In this document: piece by piece, positions 36,164 through 45,238 of the stretch
Layout: each line of letters begins with the position of its first letter
Position numbering within the stretch: position 1 is the first letter of the stretch
Assembly (NCBI GenBank): GCA_964370855.1
Contig: CAYJMF010000001.1
Coordinates: 133,167-197,166, forward strand
DNA: 64,000 bases
Reading direction: 5' to 3'
Source: an uncultured Planctomycetota bacterium
GTDB taxonomy: Bacteria > Planctomycetota > JAJSAM01 > JAKLKS01
Notes under the pieces: model-generated
Databases searched by the model: none
Seen by the model: the letters and a program-made list of their open reading frames with translations, nothing else
What the model was told of the DNA's origin: nothing
Program-made: the position numbers and the translations under genes

Positions 36164-39100
36164 CTACTCGAACTTCAGCTCCACGCCCGCCGCCGGGGCC
36201 TCGATGACGCCCCCGTCCACCGGCTTCGCCTGGCGGCGGGTGTCCACGACCTTCACCCGATGGGGCCCCGGCGCGAGGCCGGAGATCCGGAAACTCCCGT
36301 CCTCGCGGACGCGGGCGGAGACACCGGTCGACTCGGGGCCGCCGACCGGGGTCGCGATCACCGCGAGCGGCCCCTCCCCCGTCCCGGCGACGCGTCCCTC
36401 GATGGCCGCCCCGAAGGCGAGCCGGAACTCCAGGGGCTTCCCGTCGGCGGCGGCCGTCGCGGCCGCGGCCGGCGCCCACTCCGTCCCCCCGGTCCGGACC
36501 GAGACGCGGAAGCGGAACTCTCCGAGCCTCTCCATCGAGAAGGACCCCTCCCCGTCCGTGGAGGCCTCCCCCCTCGTCCCGTCCTCCGGGCCCCGCGCGT
36601 CCATCGCCTCGGCCCGCACCCCGAGCCCGCGGAGGGGGGCGCCGCCCGCGTCGTAGACCCGGCCGGCGAGGGCGAGCCCCCGCCCGAGGAGGAGGGTCGC
36701 CTCCCCCGCCCCCGGGCGCGCGCCCCGGAGGAACCCGCCAACCCCGGACCGGCCGCCGTGGAGGAAGAGGTCGTAGGCCAGGCCGGGATCGAGGCCGGGG
36801 ATCACGAAGCTCCCGTCCCGCTCCGCCTTCACCCGGCGCTCGGTCCCGGGCTCCGGCTTCCCCTCACCGGCGGGAACCGCGCCGACGGAGAGAGCGAGAT
36901 CCTCCAGCCGCTCCGTCACGTCCACGATGCGACCCTTGAGATCCACGCCAGCGACAAGGCGAATCTCGACGTCCTCCCGCCCCGCCTTGACGTCGCCGAG
37001 GACCGCCGGCAGAAGCGCCCCGCTCCTCTCCCCGCCGCGCCGCCAGTCCGGCGGCCAGGCGAAGACGCGGGTGGGGCCGGCGGGGAGGGCGCGGAACCGG
37101 AAGGAGCCGTCCGCCGCCGTCATGGTCCCCTCCCGCTGCTTCTCAGGCAAGGTCCCGACCCCGACCCGGGCCCCGGCCACGGGCCCGCCTTCGGCGTCGA
37201 GGACGCGGCCGGCGAGGGGGAAGCCCGGCTCCATCTCGAGGGTGACGGGCGCCCCCCCCGCCTCGGCCTTGGAGGACGGCCGGTGGAGCCAGGACCCGGG
37301 CGGCAGGACCTGGAGATCGTGGACTCCCGGGCGGAGGCCGGCGATCCGGAAGCGGCCCCGCGCATCGGAGGTGGATGTTCCGTGGGAGGGCATCGGGGAG
37401 GGAACGCCTCGGGGTGCCGCCACGGGGGGCCCGGAGGCCGTGACCATCGCGCCGGCGATGGGCTCCTCCGTGTCCGCCCGCACCACCCTCCCCTCGAGGG
37501 TGCGTGCGCGGAGGAGCGGAATGCGCACCTCCTCTCCCTCGACGGTGGGGTACTCGGGCACGTACCCGGCGGCGGCGACGTTGATCCGCTGCGGCCCCGC
37601 CTCGAGCCCGCCGAGGACGAACCGCCCCTCTAGGTCCGTCGTCTGCGCGGCCGTCCTCGCGACGACCCGGGCGCCCGGCACGGGGCGTCCCTCCTCGTCG
37701 ATGACGACGCCGCGGAGCGTCGCCTCCGCGCGGAGGCGGATCTCCACCGGCCCCCGCTCCTCCCCGCCGACGAGGTCGGGGAGTTCGAAGGTTCCCTCCG
37801 CGTGGCCCGCGTGCCGGACGAGGAGGACCTGCTGCGGGTAGCCGCGGAGGCCGGTGATGCGGAACGTCCCGTCGGCGGCGCACACCGCCGAGGGAATTCC
37901 GCTCGCCCCGGGGGGACCGAACTCCGAGTGGGACGCCGCGGTCCCGGCGGCGCTGCGGACCTCCGCCCCCGCCACGGGGCCGCCGGCCGCGTCGAGGACG
38001 ACGCCGTGCACCGAGGCTCCCCGGGGGACGACCCGGCGCAGCCCCTCCACGGAGCCACCGTCGGGGATGTCGAACGCGGGGAGAAGGGGCGTCGAACCCG
38101 CTCCCCCCTCGAGGGCGAGGGAGTATCCCCGGCCGGGGGGAACACCGTGGATGGCGAAACTGCCGTCCGGCGCCGACCGCGCGAAGCCCCGCGCGGCTCC
38201 CCCCTCCGCCGCGAGGTTCAGGATGAGCCCGGCCTCCGGGCGCCCCTCCGCGTCCACGAGGATCCCCGAGACCGTGCCGCCGCGGCGGAGCACGAGGTCG
38301 ATGGAGCAGGCGCCCTCCTCCGGCACCACCACGGAGCACTCGGGGGGGAAGCCCTCCGCCCGGGGCATCATGAAGCCCATGCCGCCGGGATACGCGGGCT
38401 GCCACCAGCCCGCCGCGGAGACCTTCACCATGGCCGGCCCGATCCGCGCCCCGCCGAGGACGAAGGTCCCGTCGGGGAGCACGGTGGCTCCCCTGCCGAC
38501 CGAGAAGCCACCGGGGCCCGTGGCCTGGGCGAGCTGGACATGGGCGAAGGGCACGGGGGAGCCGTCCTCCCCGCGGACCGTGCCGCGGATCGTCCGCGCG
38601 CGCTGGAGCCGGAGATCGAGGGGCTCCCCCGGCAGGAGGGAATCGGGCCGCCCCCCGGCGACGGTCCAGCGCCCGTCGAGGTGATCCCTCGCGGCGGCGA
38701 ACAGGAGCACGCCCGTCCCGCCGGGCGACGGGAGGGCGAACGTCCCCTCCCCGTCGGTCTCCGTGTCCACTCTCCCGGAGGGGCCGTCGAAGGGAGGGTA
38801 CCCGTGGGCGGTGACGACGGCCCCGGCGATTCCCGCACCCGTCTCCGCGTCCCGCACCCGGCCCCGCAGGGTATCCACGGGAACGCAGACCAGGCGGATC
38901 GGATCCGCGGAGGGGACCGCGACCCGGTCCTTCCCCGCCTTCACGCCGGAGGGGAGCAGGGCGGAGACCGCGACGGTGCCCGGCGCGAGGCCCTCGAGGC
39001 GGCAGGCGCCGTCGGCCCCGGTGATCGCCTCGACGACGACCTCGCTCCACGCCGCCCGCACCCGGGCGCCCGGCACCGGCAGGCCGGCCCCGTCGGTCAC

Positions 39101-39862
39101 CTCCACGTCGAGCGTCGTGCCCGGACCGAGGACCAGGTCCACGGGTTCCGGATCCCGATCCGGGGCCACGAGGATCTCCCGTACCTTCGCCGCCCTCCCC
39201 GCGGCCACGGCCTCCAGCCGGTAGATCCCCGGCTCCAGGGAGGGGAACGCGCCGCGCCCCCCTTCGTCCGCCTCCGTCCGGGCGGCGACGGCCCAGGGGG
39301 CGGCGTCGTCCCGGCGGACCGGGACCGCGGAACTCCACGACGGCGCCTGGCGGAGGAGGAGGCGGGCGCCGGCCGCGGGGCCGCCTTCCCCGAGGAGGAC
39401 CCGGGCCGCGAGCGCGCGGCCCTCGCCGAGGGGGATCACGCCGAGGTCGAGGGTTCCCGTCCGGGGGACGATCAGTCCCGGCCGGAGCGCCGCGGCGAGG
39501 CCGGGGGAAGTGAGCGCCGCGTCCACCCGGGAACCACGGGGAAGTCCGCTGATGCGAAACCTCCCGTCGGCGCCCGCCACCGCCCTGAGGACGGTGCCGT
39601 CGCCGAGGGTGACGGCGACCGCGACGGGGAGAGGTTCCACGGTCCCGCGGCGGACCGCCCATCCCTCGAGGTCGGTCGTCGGGGGGGCGGGCGCCGGAGG
39701 AGCGGGTGCGGGCGGGGCGCCCTCGGCGCGGGCGGCCGGGAATGCCGTTGACGTCCGCTCCTCCGGCGGAAACGTCCCGCCGTCTTCACGGAGCAGCAGG
39801 GCCCCCGCCCCGAGGACGGCGAGCACCGCGAGGCCGACCGCTACCTTCGGGACCCGGGCCAT
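36164..39862 (-). CDS. Membrane-anchored CarboxypepD_reg-like repeat protein (paralog family), first gene of the sigma-fusion operon
   Basis: ATG 39862. TM MARVPKVAVGLAVLAVLGAGALLL, Pro/Ala linker, then more than 10 repeats. The stop at 36164 is only 62 nt upstream of the sigma-fusion start at 36101 on the same strand. Confidence 0.85.
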   Translation of the reverse strand: MARVPKVAVGLAVLAVLGAGALLLREDGGTFPPEERTSTAFPAARAEGAPPAPAPPAPAPPTTDLEGWAVRRGTVEPLPVAVAVTLGDGTVLRAVAGADGRFRISGLPRGSRVDAALTSPGLAAALRPGLIVPRTGTLDLGVIPLGEGRALAARVLLGEGGPAAGARLLLRQAPSWSSAVPVRRDDAAPWAVAARTEADEGGRGAFPSLEPGIYRLEAVAAGRAAKVREILVAPDRDPEPVDLVLGPGTTLDVEVTDGAGLPVPGARVRAAWSEVVVEAITGADGACRLEGLAPGTVAVSALLPSGVKAGKDRVAVPSADPIRLVCVPVDTLRGRVRDAETGAGIAGAVVTAHGYPPFDGPSGRVDTETDGEGTFALPSPGGTGVLLFAAARDHLDGRWTVAGGRPDSLLPGEPLDLRLQRARTIRGTVRGEDGSPVPFAHVQLAQATGPGGFSVGRGATVLPDGTFVLGGARIGPAMVKVSAAGWWQPAYPGGMGFMMPRAEGFPPECSVVVPEEGACSIDLVLRRGGTVSGILVDAEGRPEAGLILNLAAEGGAARGFARSAPDGSFAIHGVPPGRGYSLALEGGAGSTPLLPAFDIPDGGSVEGLRRVVPRGASVHGVVLDAAGGPVAGAEVRSAAGTAASHSEFGPPGASGIPSAVCAADGTFRITGLRGYPQQVLLVRHAGHAEGTFELPDLVGGEERGPVEIRLRAEATLRGVVIDEEGRPVPGARVVARTAAQTTDLEGRFVLGGLEAGPQRINVAAAGYVPEYPTVEGEEVRIPLLRARTLEGRVVRADTEEPIAGAMVTASGPPVAAPRGVPSPMPSHGTSTSDARGRFRIAGLRPGVHDLQVLPPGSWLHRPSSKAEAGGAPVTLEMEPGFPLAGRVLDAEGGPVAGARVGVGTLPEKQREGTMTAADGSFRFRALPAGPTRVFAWPPDWRRGGERSGALLPAVLGDVKAGREDVEIRLVAGVDLKGRIVDVTERLEDLALSVGAVPAGEGKPEPGTERRVKAERDGSFVIPGLDPGLAYDLFLHGGRSGVGGFLRGARPGAGEATLLLGRGLALAGRVYDAGGAPLRGLGVRAEAMDARGPEDGTRGEASTDGEGSFSMERLGEFRFRVSVRTGGTEWAPAAAATAAADGKPLEFRLAFGAAIEGRVAGTGEGPLAVIATPVGGPESTGVSARVREDGSFRISGLAPGPHRVKVVDTRRQAKPVDGGVIEAPAAGVELKFE

Positions 39863-40094
39863 CTCTGCCTCCCCGGCTGGATCCTACCGGCCCCTCCCGC
39901 CGCCGGCGGGGAAGGGAATCAAATCCAACGGTGACCGGGGAGGCGGGTTCGGGGAATCGGAGGTCAATTCGGATCCGGGATCTTCTACGTCGCGTCCTTC
40001 TCCGCGTGACCATGGTAGGCACGGTGGTCCCTCCCCCACGGGTGCTCGATGAAGTCCATGAACCGGGCAGGTTGCCGTCGGTACACTTCGGCCA

Positions 40095-40796
40095 ATGGAC
40101 ACCTACAGCGTGTACTGCGACGAGAGCGGCCACATGCCGACCGGAGACCAGCCGGTCATGGTCCTTGGCGCACTGTGGTGCCCTTCGACCGAGATCCGCC
40201 GCTTGTCAGGGGCGATGCGAGGGATCAAGAGGGCGCATGGACTCGCGGCCTCCATGGAGGCGAAGTGGACCAAGGTCTCACCGGCCGGGTTTGATCTCTA
40301 CCGGGACATGGTGCGCCTATTCCTCGATGAACCTCACCTGCAGTTCAGGTGCATCGTCATTCGGGAGAAGGAGAAGTTGCGGCACGCGGCATACGGCCAG
40401 GACCATGACACGTGGCTCTACAAGATGTACTACAGCATGCTCAAGGTGGTCATCAAGCCGGGGGCGCAGTGGCGCATCTACCTCGACATCAAGGACACTC
40501 GAAGCGCGAGCAAGATGCGGGGACTTCACGATGTCCTGTGCAACACCATCCGCGACTTCGACAAGTCGATCATCGCGCGCATCCAGACCATCCGCTCGCA
40601 CGAGAGCGAACTCCTTCAACTGTCCGACATTCTCATCGGGGCGGTCCAATCCGCCAATCGGAGTGCCCCGAAGGAAGGGGCGAAGGGCAGGCTGATCGAG
40701 TTCATTCGCCATCGCACAGGCCTGAGCCTGACCTCTTCGACGTGGCTCACCGAGCCGAAGTTCAATGTGTTCGCCTGGACGCCGAGAGAGGAATAG
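40095..40796 (+). CDS. DUF3800 family protein
   Basis: N-terminal 'YSVYCDESGH' and the overall pattern (..KW.K...., ..YLD.KDTRS.., ..ESELLQLSDILIGAV) are typical of DUF3800. The gene is visibly lower in GC and uses A/T-ending codons compared with its flanks. Confidence 0.85.
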   Translation: MDTYSVYCDESGHMPTGDQPVMVLGALWCPSTEIRRLSGAMRGIKRAHGLAASMEAKWTKVSPAGFDLYRDMVRLFLDEPHLQFRCIVIREKEKLRHAAYGQDHDTWLYKMYYSMLKVVIKPGAQWRIYLDIKDTRSASKMRGLHDVLCNTIRDFDKSIIARIQTIRSHESELLQLSDILIGAVQSANRSAPKEGAKGRLIEFIRHRTGLSLTSSTWLTEPKFNVFAWTPREE

Positions 40797-40811
40797 GGGG
40801 CCGCGTCACCG

Positions 40812-41321
40812 ATGCCTCCAAGCTGGCTCCCGGGGCTACTCGACTACTCGGGAGATCTCCCGACCTATATTGAGACGGTGTTCGCCCGATACAAGGCGGA
40901 CTTGAGTGCCGGCGGGCTGGCGGTGTTCGGGGTCCCGGTGATAGTGCCCGCGAGCCCGCTCGTCGACGGCAAGCCCAGGACCTTCTGGCATCTCGTTTCC
41001 GAGGACAGCAGTGACTTCCCGGGAGCCGAACGCGGAGTCAGCATCTCGCGGTGCGAGAGGATCGGGTGGGTCCGCGCGATCATCGACCATCACACGGATC
41101 CCACGCTGAAGCGCTGGACTGCAACGCGCAACGGGAAGAGGAATCTACTGCTCGCCCTTCCGGACTTTGACTATGTGGCAATCTTCGCACTGCTGGATGG
41201 GGCGGCACCGCCACAACTGCCAGCCAGGGGGAGAGCGCGTCTGTTGACTGCATTCCCTGCGCGGTATCCCCACAGGAGAAGGAAGTTCCAGCGAGATTAC
41301 GACGGGGGGAACAAGGTGTAG
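40812..41321 (+). CDS. Hypothetical protein, partner of DUF3800 (no domain recognised)
   Basis: It starts 15 nt after the DUF3800 stop on the same strand and shares the atypical composition. 169 aa with non-shadow-like composition (..FWHLVSE..RCERIGWVRAIIDHH..DYVAIFALL..LLTAFPARYPHRRRKFQRDY). Confidence 0.7.
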   Translation: MPPSWLPGLLDYSGDLPTYIETVFARYKADLSAGGLAVFGVPVIVPASPLVDGKPRTFWHLVSEDSSDFPGAERGVSISRCERIGWVRAIIDHHTDPTLKRWTATRNGKRNLLLALPDFDYVAIFALLDGAAPPQLPARGRARLLTAFPARYPHRRRKFQRDYDGGNKV

Positions 41322-41326
41322 GGTCC

Positions 41327-41350
41327 GGCGCCGCCTGCATCGGCGGCGCC
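41327..41350 (+). terminator. Perfect 9-bp-stem hairpin after the DUF3800 cassette
   Basis: ggcgccgcc-tgcatc-ggcggcgcc starts 6 nt after the TAG at 41319-41321. A second inverted repeat follows: tactcct (41353-59) / aggagta (41384-90). No U-tract. Confidence 0.45.
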
Positions 41351-41502
41351 AGTACTCCTTCTACGCATGGTAGACGAGCTTAGAGGAGTATGGCACACGG
41401 AGGGGGCTTGGTCAAGGCCCGTGCGCTGCATCCGCTCGGGTCCGTGGTGAGAACGGAAGGTGGGCGACCCCTCCCGCCGCCGGGGGGGGGGTCCCGAACC
41501 TC

Positions 41503-43401
41503 CTACTTCGCATCCCCCTCCGCGGCCCACCAGGCGATCCAGTCCTCGACCCAGGCGGGGCGCTCCTCCTCGCGGCGGAGCGGGCCGGAGTTCCAGACGT
41601 GGGTGTGGCGATCCCAGCCGAAGCGCTTGCCCGTGAGGGATCGCAGGATCCGGTGGGCGTTCCAGCGCACCCAGGGCTTCCCGGAATCGAGGAGCCCGAG
41701 GAGGACCGGGATCGACGCCCGCGTCGGCGGGGCGGCGATCTCCGCCCCCTCCGCCTTGAACCCCTCGAGGACCCAGGCCATGCGGCCGCGGCCCTTCGCC
41801 GTCTCCCACCACGTCGCAGCCGCGCCGGCGTCGGCGAACTCCCGGTTCGCGAGGCAGGTGAGGGCCCGGAGCGCGGTGCGCTTCGGGACCTCCTCCTCGG
41901 AGTCCTTCTTCTTCTCGAGGTAGGCGAGGAGGCGCGCCGCGTCCTCCTCCTCCCCGCACCGGGCGAGGCCGTCCATGGATTCGCTCCGGATCCCCTCGAA
42001 GGAGGGATCCTCGAGCCCCTCGCGGAATACGGGGAGCGAGGAGGGATGGGCCTCCTCCTCGAGGCGGCGGAGCGCCGATTCCCGGATCTTCCGGCCGGCG
42101 CGGCGGTCGAGGGCGATGCGCCCGAGGGCCTCGACGAGGTCCGGCGGAAGGTCGAGGGAGTCCATGCGGTGGAGGGCCATGATCGCCGCCTCCCGCACGT
42201 CCCCGTCCTCCTGGCCCAGCGCCGCGACGAGATCGGGGAAGAAGCCCGGGTCGGCGGAATCCCCGATGAGGCGGGCCGCCTCCTCCGCGGTCTCCGGGTC
42301 CGTGAGCCGCTTCCGGAGGGATGCCCGCGCGCGGCCCTCGGCTGCGGCGACGACCTCCAGCGCCTCCCCTCCAACCCCGAGCTTCGCGAGCCCGTGGCGG
42401 ACGAGGGCGACGCCCCAGGCCGGGCACTCCTCGTCCTTCACCGCCGCGAGGAGAAGCGGCGTCGCCTCCGCGGGCCGGCCGAGGCGCCGCAGCGTGTCGG
42501 CGACGGTGATCCGCGCCCAGGCCCGCGCCCCCGCGTCCCCTTCCGGGGTCCGGGCGCCCGGTTCGAGCAGGGAGAGGGCCGCCTCCTGGAAGGCGCGCTC
42601 CCGGCCCATGGAAGCGGCGAGCGCCGCAGCCGCGTCGCGGATCCCCTGCGGGGAGGCAGGTTCGGTACATGCACCGAGCATCCTCCCGGCGGCGTCGTTC
42701 TCCCCGGTGCGGCGGTGGAGGAACGCGGCGGCGAGGTCGAGGATCGGATCCCCCTTCCCCGCGGCCCGCGCCGCCGCCGCCTCCCGCTCCGCCGCGGCGG
42801 CCGCCGCCTCGCTCCGCGCGAGGGAGGAGAGGAGGATCTCGCCCGGCGGGGGCGGCAGGCGCCGCGCCTCCCCGTGGACCCGGTCCATGGCCGCCTCGAA
42901 GGCCGGGGCGAGCTCCTTCTTCCCGGTGACGGGGCGCAGCGCCTCCCACGCCTCCTGCCGCACGGCCCAGGCGCCGTTGAGGAGGAGCACGCCCCGGTCC
43001 GACGGCGCGGCCCCCTCCCACTCGGCGATGCGGGCCGCGAGGTCGAACTTCACCCAGGTCTCCTCCGTGGAGCCGGGCGCCTCGAGCCCCGCGAGGATCC
43101 GCTTCTTCGTCTCCTCCTTGACCCCCTTCTCGAAGTTCCCCGCCCGGTTCGAGTACCGGCAGTGCTCGCAGGTCCAGACGGAGTAGGGGAGCACCGCCCC
43201 GCCGGCGACCCGCGGCGCGAGGTCCCCGTCGCAGCCGTCCCCGGTCCAGGAGGCGATGTACTGGACGGTGATCGTCTTCCCGCAGACGGGGCAGCCGACG
43301 TCCTTCGAGCGGACGGTGGTCGCCCGGGCGGCGGGAGGGGCGACGGCGGCGGCGGCGAGTCCGAGGGCGAGGAGGAGGGAGAGGGCGGCGGTCGGGCGCA
43401 T
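41503..43401 (-). CDS. Secreted zinc-ribbon (CxxC..CxxC) + HEAT-repeat protein
   Basis: ATG 43401 (residue 81 of ORF 41503..43641). Signal peptide MRPTAALSLLLALGLAAAAVAPPAARA. 'CPVCGKTI..(37 aa)..CEHCRYS' zinc-ribbon-like pair. The C-terminal half has HEAT/PBS-lyase-like repeats (..DPGFFPDLVAALGQEDGDVREAAIMAL.., ..VLLGLLDSGKPWVRWNAHRIL). Confidence 0.8.
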   Translation of the reverse strand: MRPTAALSLLLALGLAAAAVAPPAARATTVRSKDVGCPVCGKTITVQYIASWTGDGCDGDLAPRVAGGAVLPYSVWTCEHCRYSNRAGNFEKGVKEETKKRILAGLEAPGSTEETWVKFDLAARIAEWEGAAPSDRGVLLLNGAWAVRQEAWEALRPVTGKKELAPAFEAAMDRVHGEARRLPPPPGEILLSSLARSEAAAAAAEREAAAARAAGKGDPILDLAAAFLHRRTGENDAAGRMLGACTEPASPQGIRDAAAALAASMGRERAFQEAALSLLEPGARTPEGDAGARAWARITVADTLRRLGRPAEATPLLLAAVKDEECPAWGVALVRHGLAKLGVGGEALEVVAAAEGRARASLRKRLTDPETAEEAARLIGDSADPGFFPDLVAALGQEDGDVREAAIMALHRMDSLDLPPDLVEALGRIALDRRAGRKIRESALRRLEEEAHPSSLPVFREGLEDPSFEGIRSESMDGLARCGEEEDAARLLAYLEKKKDSEEEVPKRTALRALTCLANREFADAGAAATWWETAKGRGRMAWVLEGFKAEGAEIAAPPTRASIPVLLGLLDSGKPWVRWNAHRILRSLTGKRFGWDRHTHVWNSGPLRREEERPAWVEDWIAWWAAEGDAK

Positions 43402-43623
43402 GGGGCACCTCCGGGTCGGGGCGAGTGTACCTCCGCGGGAGTGGAACCGTCCATCCTGGGAATCTCGAGGGTCGGCCATCCAATGGCTCGACACCCTGAG
43501 TGGTCTGGGGGATTCCTGCGGCCTCCATGCGCGCCCCTGAAGAACCTCCGTAACAAACTGGTAACAATGATGTTGTGAATTCGCGACAAGAGCGGAGCCC
43601 CTGGAGTAGCGCTGCGAGGGTGG

Positions 43624-43670
43624 TTCCACTTCACATTCCACTTCACATTGCGGCCCAGCCGTGCTAGCAT
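43624..43670 (+). promoter_or_regulatory. Candidate sigma-70 promoter with tandem 12-nt direct repeats (operator?) for the TIGR04255 cassette
   Basis: TTCCACTTCACA x2 (43624-35, 43636-47). TTCACA (43642-47) - 17 nt - TAGCAT (43665-70). GGAGG at 43733-37 precedes GTG 43746. The region is locally AT-richer. Confidence 0.4.
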
Positions 43671-43745
43671 CCCCCGGGTCCGGATCGTCGGTCCTCCCCG
43701 GACGCGTCGGGGGACGCGACGTCCACCCGTCCGGAGGTAAGAGCC

Positions 43746-44543
43746 GTGCACGAGATCAGGAACCCTCTTGTGGATCCCCCACCGAAGGAGATCCCGCTTC
43801 CCCGGTCTCCCCTGGCCCGGGTGGTCGCCCAGGTGCGGTTCCCCGTCGTCGCCTCCGTGTCCCGGCAGGACTTCATCGGTTCGTTCCAGGAGGCCATCCG
43901 CGCCGAGTACCCCGTCCTGCGCCCGGAGAAGGGGCGCACGATCATCGCGGGGCCGGGAGGGCTCACGTCCGAGGACAAGACGGTCTGGCGCTTCATGGAA
44001 GTCGATGGGGCCTGGCGAGCGACCCTGGCGCCCGACTTCGTGGCCATCGAGACGACCAGGTACACGAGCAGGGATGACCTCCTGGGCCGGCTGGGGCGGA
44101 TCCTCGAAGCGACGGAGAAGCACGTCGGGCCCAGGGTCGTGGATCGCCTCGGACTGCGCACCATCGATCGCCTGGAAGAGGCGGCGCTGTGCGAGATCCC
44201 GACCCTTGTTCGACCGGAGATGATCGGGGTGCTCGGGACCCCGTGGGGAAGCGGCGCCGACCACTCCATCTGCGAGAGCGCTTTCGATCTCCCCGACGGG
44301 TCCCGGCTGCAGGCCAAGTGGGGCGTCCTCCCCAGGGGCAAGACCGTGGATCCGAGTTCCATCGAGCCTCTCGATTCGCGGACCTGGCTCCTCGACCTGG
44401 ACCTGTTCACCGAGAAGCCCGGTCCGTTCGACAGCGGAGCCATCGTGGAGCGGGCGAGGTGCTTCGCCGGGCGCATCTACACCGTGTTCCGCTGGGCGGC
44501 CACGCCCGCTTTCATCAGGCGATACGGGGGGGAACCGGAGTGA
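43746..44543 (+). CDS. TIGR04255-family protein (function unknown)
   Basis: GTG 43746 with a GGAGG RBS. The N-terminal pattern 'P.SPLARVVAQVRFP......DFIGSFQEAIRAEYPVL' and the ~265-aa length fit the sporadically distributed TIGR04255 family. Confidence 0.75.
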   Translation: MHEIRNPLVDPPPKEIPLPRSPLARVVAQVRFPVVASVSRQDFIGSFQEAIRAEYPVLRPEKGRTIIAGPGGLTSEDKTVWRFMEVDGAWRATLAPDFVAIETTRYTSRDDLLGRLGRILEATEKHVGPRVVDRLGLRTIDRLEEAALCEIPTLVRPEMIGVLGTPWGSGADHSICESAFDLPDGSRLQAKWGVLPRGKTVDPSSIEPLDSRTWLLDLDLFTEKPGPFDSGAIVERARCFAGRIYTVFRWAATPAFIRRYGGEPE

Positions 44544-45238
44544 GCGGGTTCGACGCCGGCGTGACGGGCGGTGGCGGCACCTCCTCGGGCGCTACCGGGG
44601 ACGAGTACGTGGCCACGTCGGCCCTGCTCGCCTTCGGCCTGGTGATGTTGCCGTGGGGAAGTTCCTCCGCCGCGAACGCCACGACCTCGACCTCCGCCGA
44701 CTGCGTGCGGGAACCTCCGGCCGAATTCCGCGGCACCAGCAGCGGCGACGGCGCCATGGCGGTCGCCATCCCCAGCCAGGGCATGCTGCATGACCTCCGC
44801 GCGCGGTCCGGCCTCACGTGGGAGCAGATCTCCCGCCTCCTGAAGGTCAGCCGCAGGTCCGTACACCTCTGGGCGAACGGGAGCACCGTGACCCCGGCCA
44901 ACGAGGAGCACATGGGGCGCGTCCTCTCCGTCCTGCGGGCCGCGGACCGGGGGAGCCCTCGCGAAACCCGGGCGGCACTGCTCACTCCGTCTCCGGAGGG
45001 GGTCGTTCCCTTCGACCTCCTGGCGGACATGAGGTACGAGGCGGCACTGGAACTCCTGAAGAGCATGCGCGGCAGGACAAGGCCGCGCCGACCCCCTCTC
45101 TCCGAGGAGGCCCTGGCATCGCGGCTCCCCTCGCCTCCCGATCGCCTGGTCGGAGCACTCCACGAACCCGAGCAGGAAGCTCCGAGGAAGTCGAGAGTCG
45201 CAAGAGCCATCAGGACCAGGGACCGTGGCGGAAGGTGA
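44540..45238 (+). CDS. Xre-type HTH protein, antitoxin-like (C-terminal part reminiscent of DUF2384, tentative)
   Basis: GTG 44540 overlaps the upstream TGA (GTGA); an internal Met at 'MAVAIPSQG' is an alternative start. HTH 'LTWEQISRLLKVSRRSVHLWANG'. Downstream 'RAALLTPSPEGVVPFDLLADMRYEAALELL' resembles the toxin-binding domain of Xre/ParS/MbcA-type antitoxins. Confidence 0.7.
   Translation: MSGFDAGVTGGGGTSSGATGDEYVATSALLAFGLVMLPWGSSSAANATTSTSADCVREPPAEFRGTSSGDGAMAVAIPSQGMLHDLRARSGLTWEQISRLLKVSRRSVHLWANGSTVTPANEEHMGRVLSVLRAADRGSPRETRAALLTPSPEGVVPFDLLADMRYEAALELLKSMRGRTRPRRPPLSEEALASRLPSPPDRLVGALHEPEQEAPRKSRVARAIRTRDRGGR

Noticed and set aside
39927-39965. 'GGTTCGGGGAATCGG' resembling a tRNA T-arm, considered as a tRNA fragment or att site at the edge of the DUF3800 island
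   Set aside because: No acceptor stem or anticodon arm can be drawn, and the match to GGTTCGAATCC is poor. The same bases are better explained as the candidate ECF-type promoter on the opposite strand.
40049-41340. Alternative-frame and antisense ORFs inside the DUF3800 island (40049..40294, 40317..40712(-), 40412..40873, 40836..41093(-), 41080..41340(-))
   Set aside because: They overlap the two genes that have coherent domain-like sequence, and their translations are low-complexity or Arg/Pro/His-rich.
41482-41491. G10 run just downstream of the HEAT-repeat gene stop
   Set aside because: It is intergenic, does not interrupt any frame and has no partner motif. It is probably compositional. 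It is mentioned only as a possible slippage-prone or sequencing-error-prone site.
43624-43647. Tandem 12-nt repeats, considered as a minimal CRISPR or other array
   Set aside because: There are only two directly adjacent copies with no spacers, and no cas genes anywhere in the window. They are interpreted as an operator or direct repeat overlapping the -35 instead.
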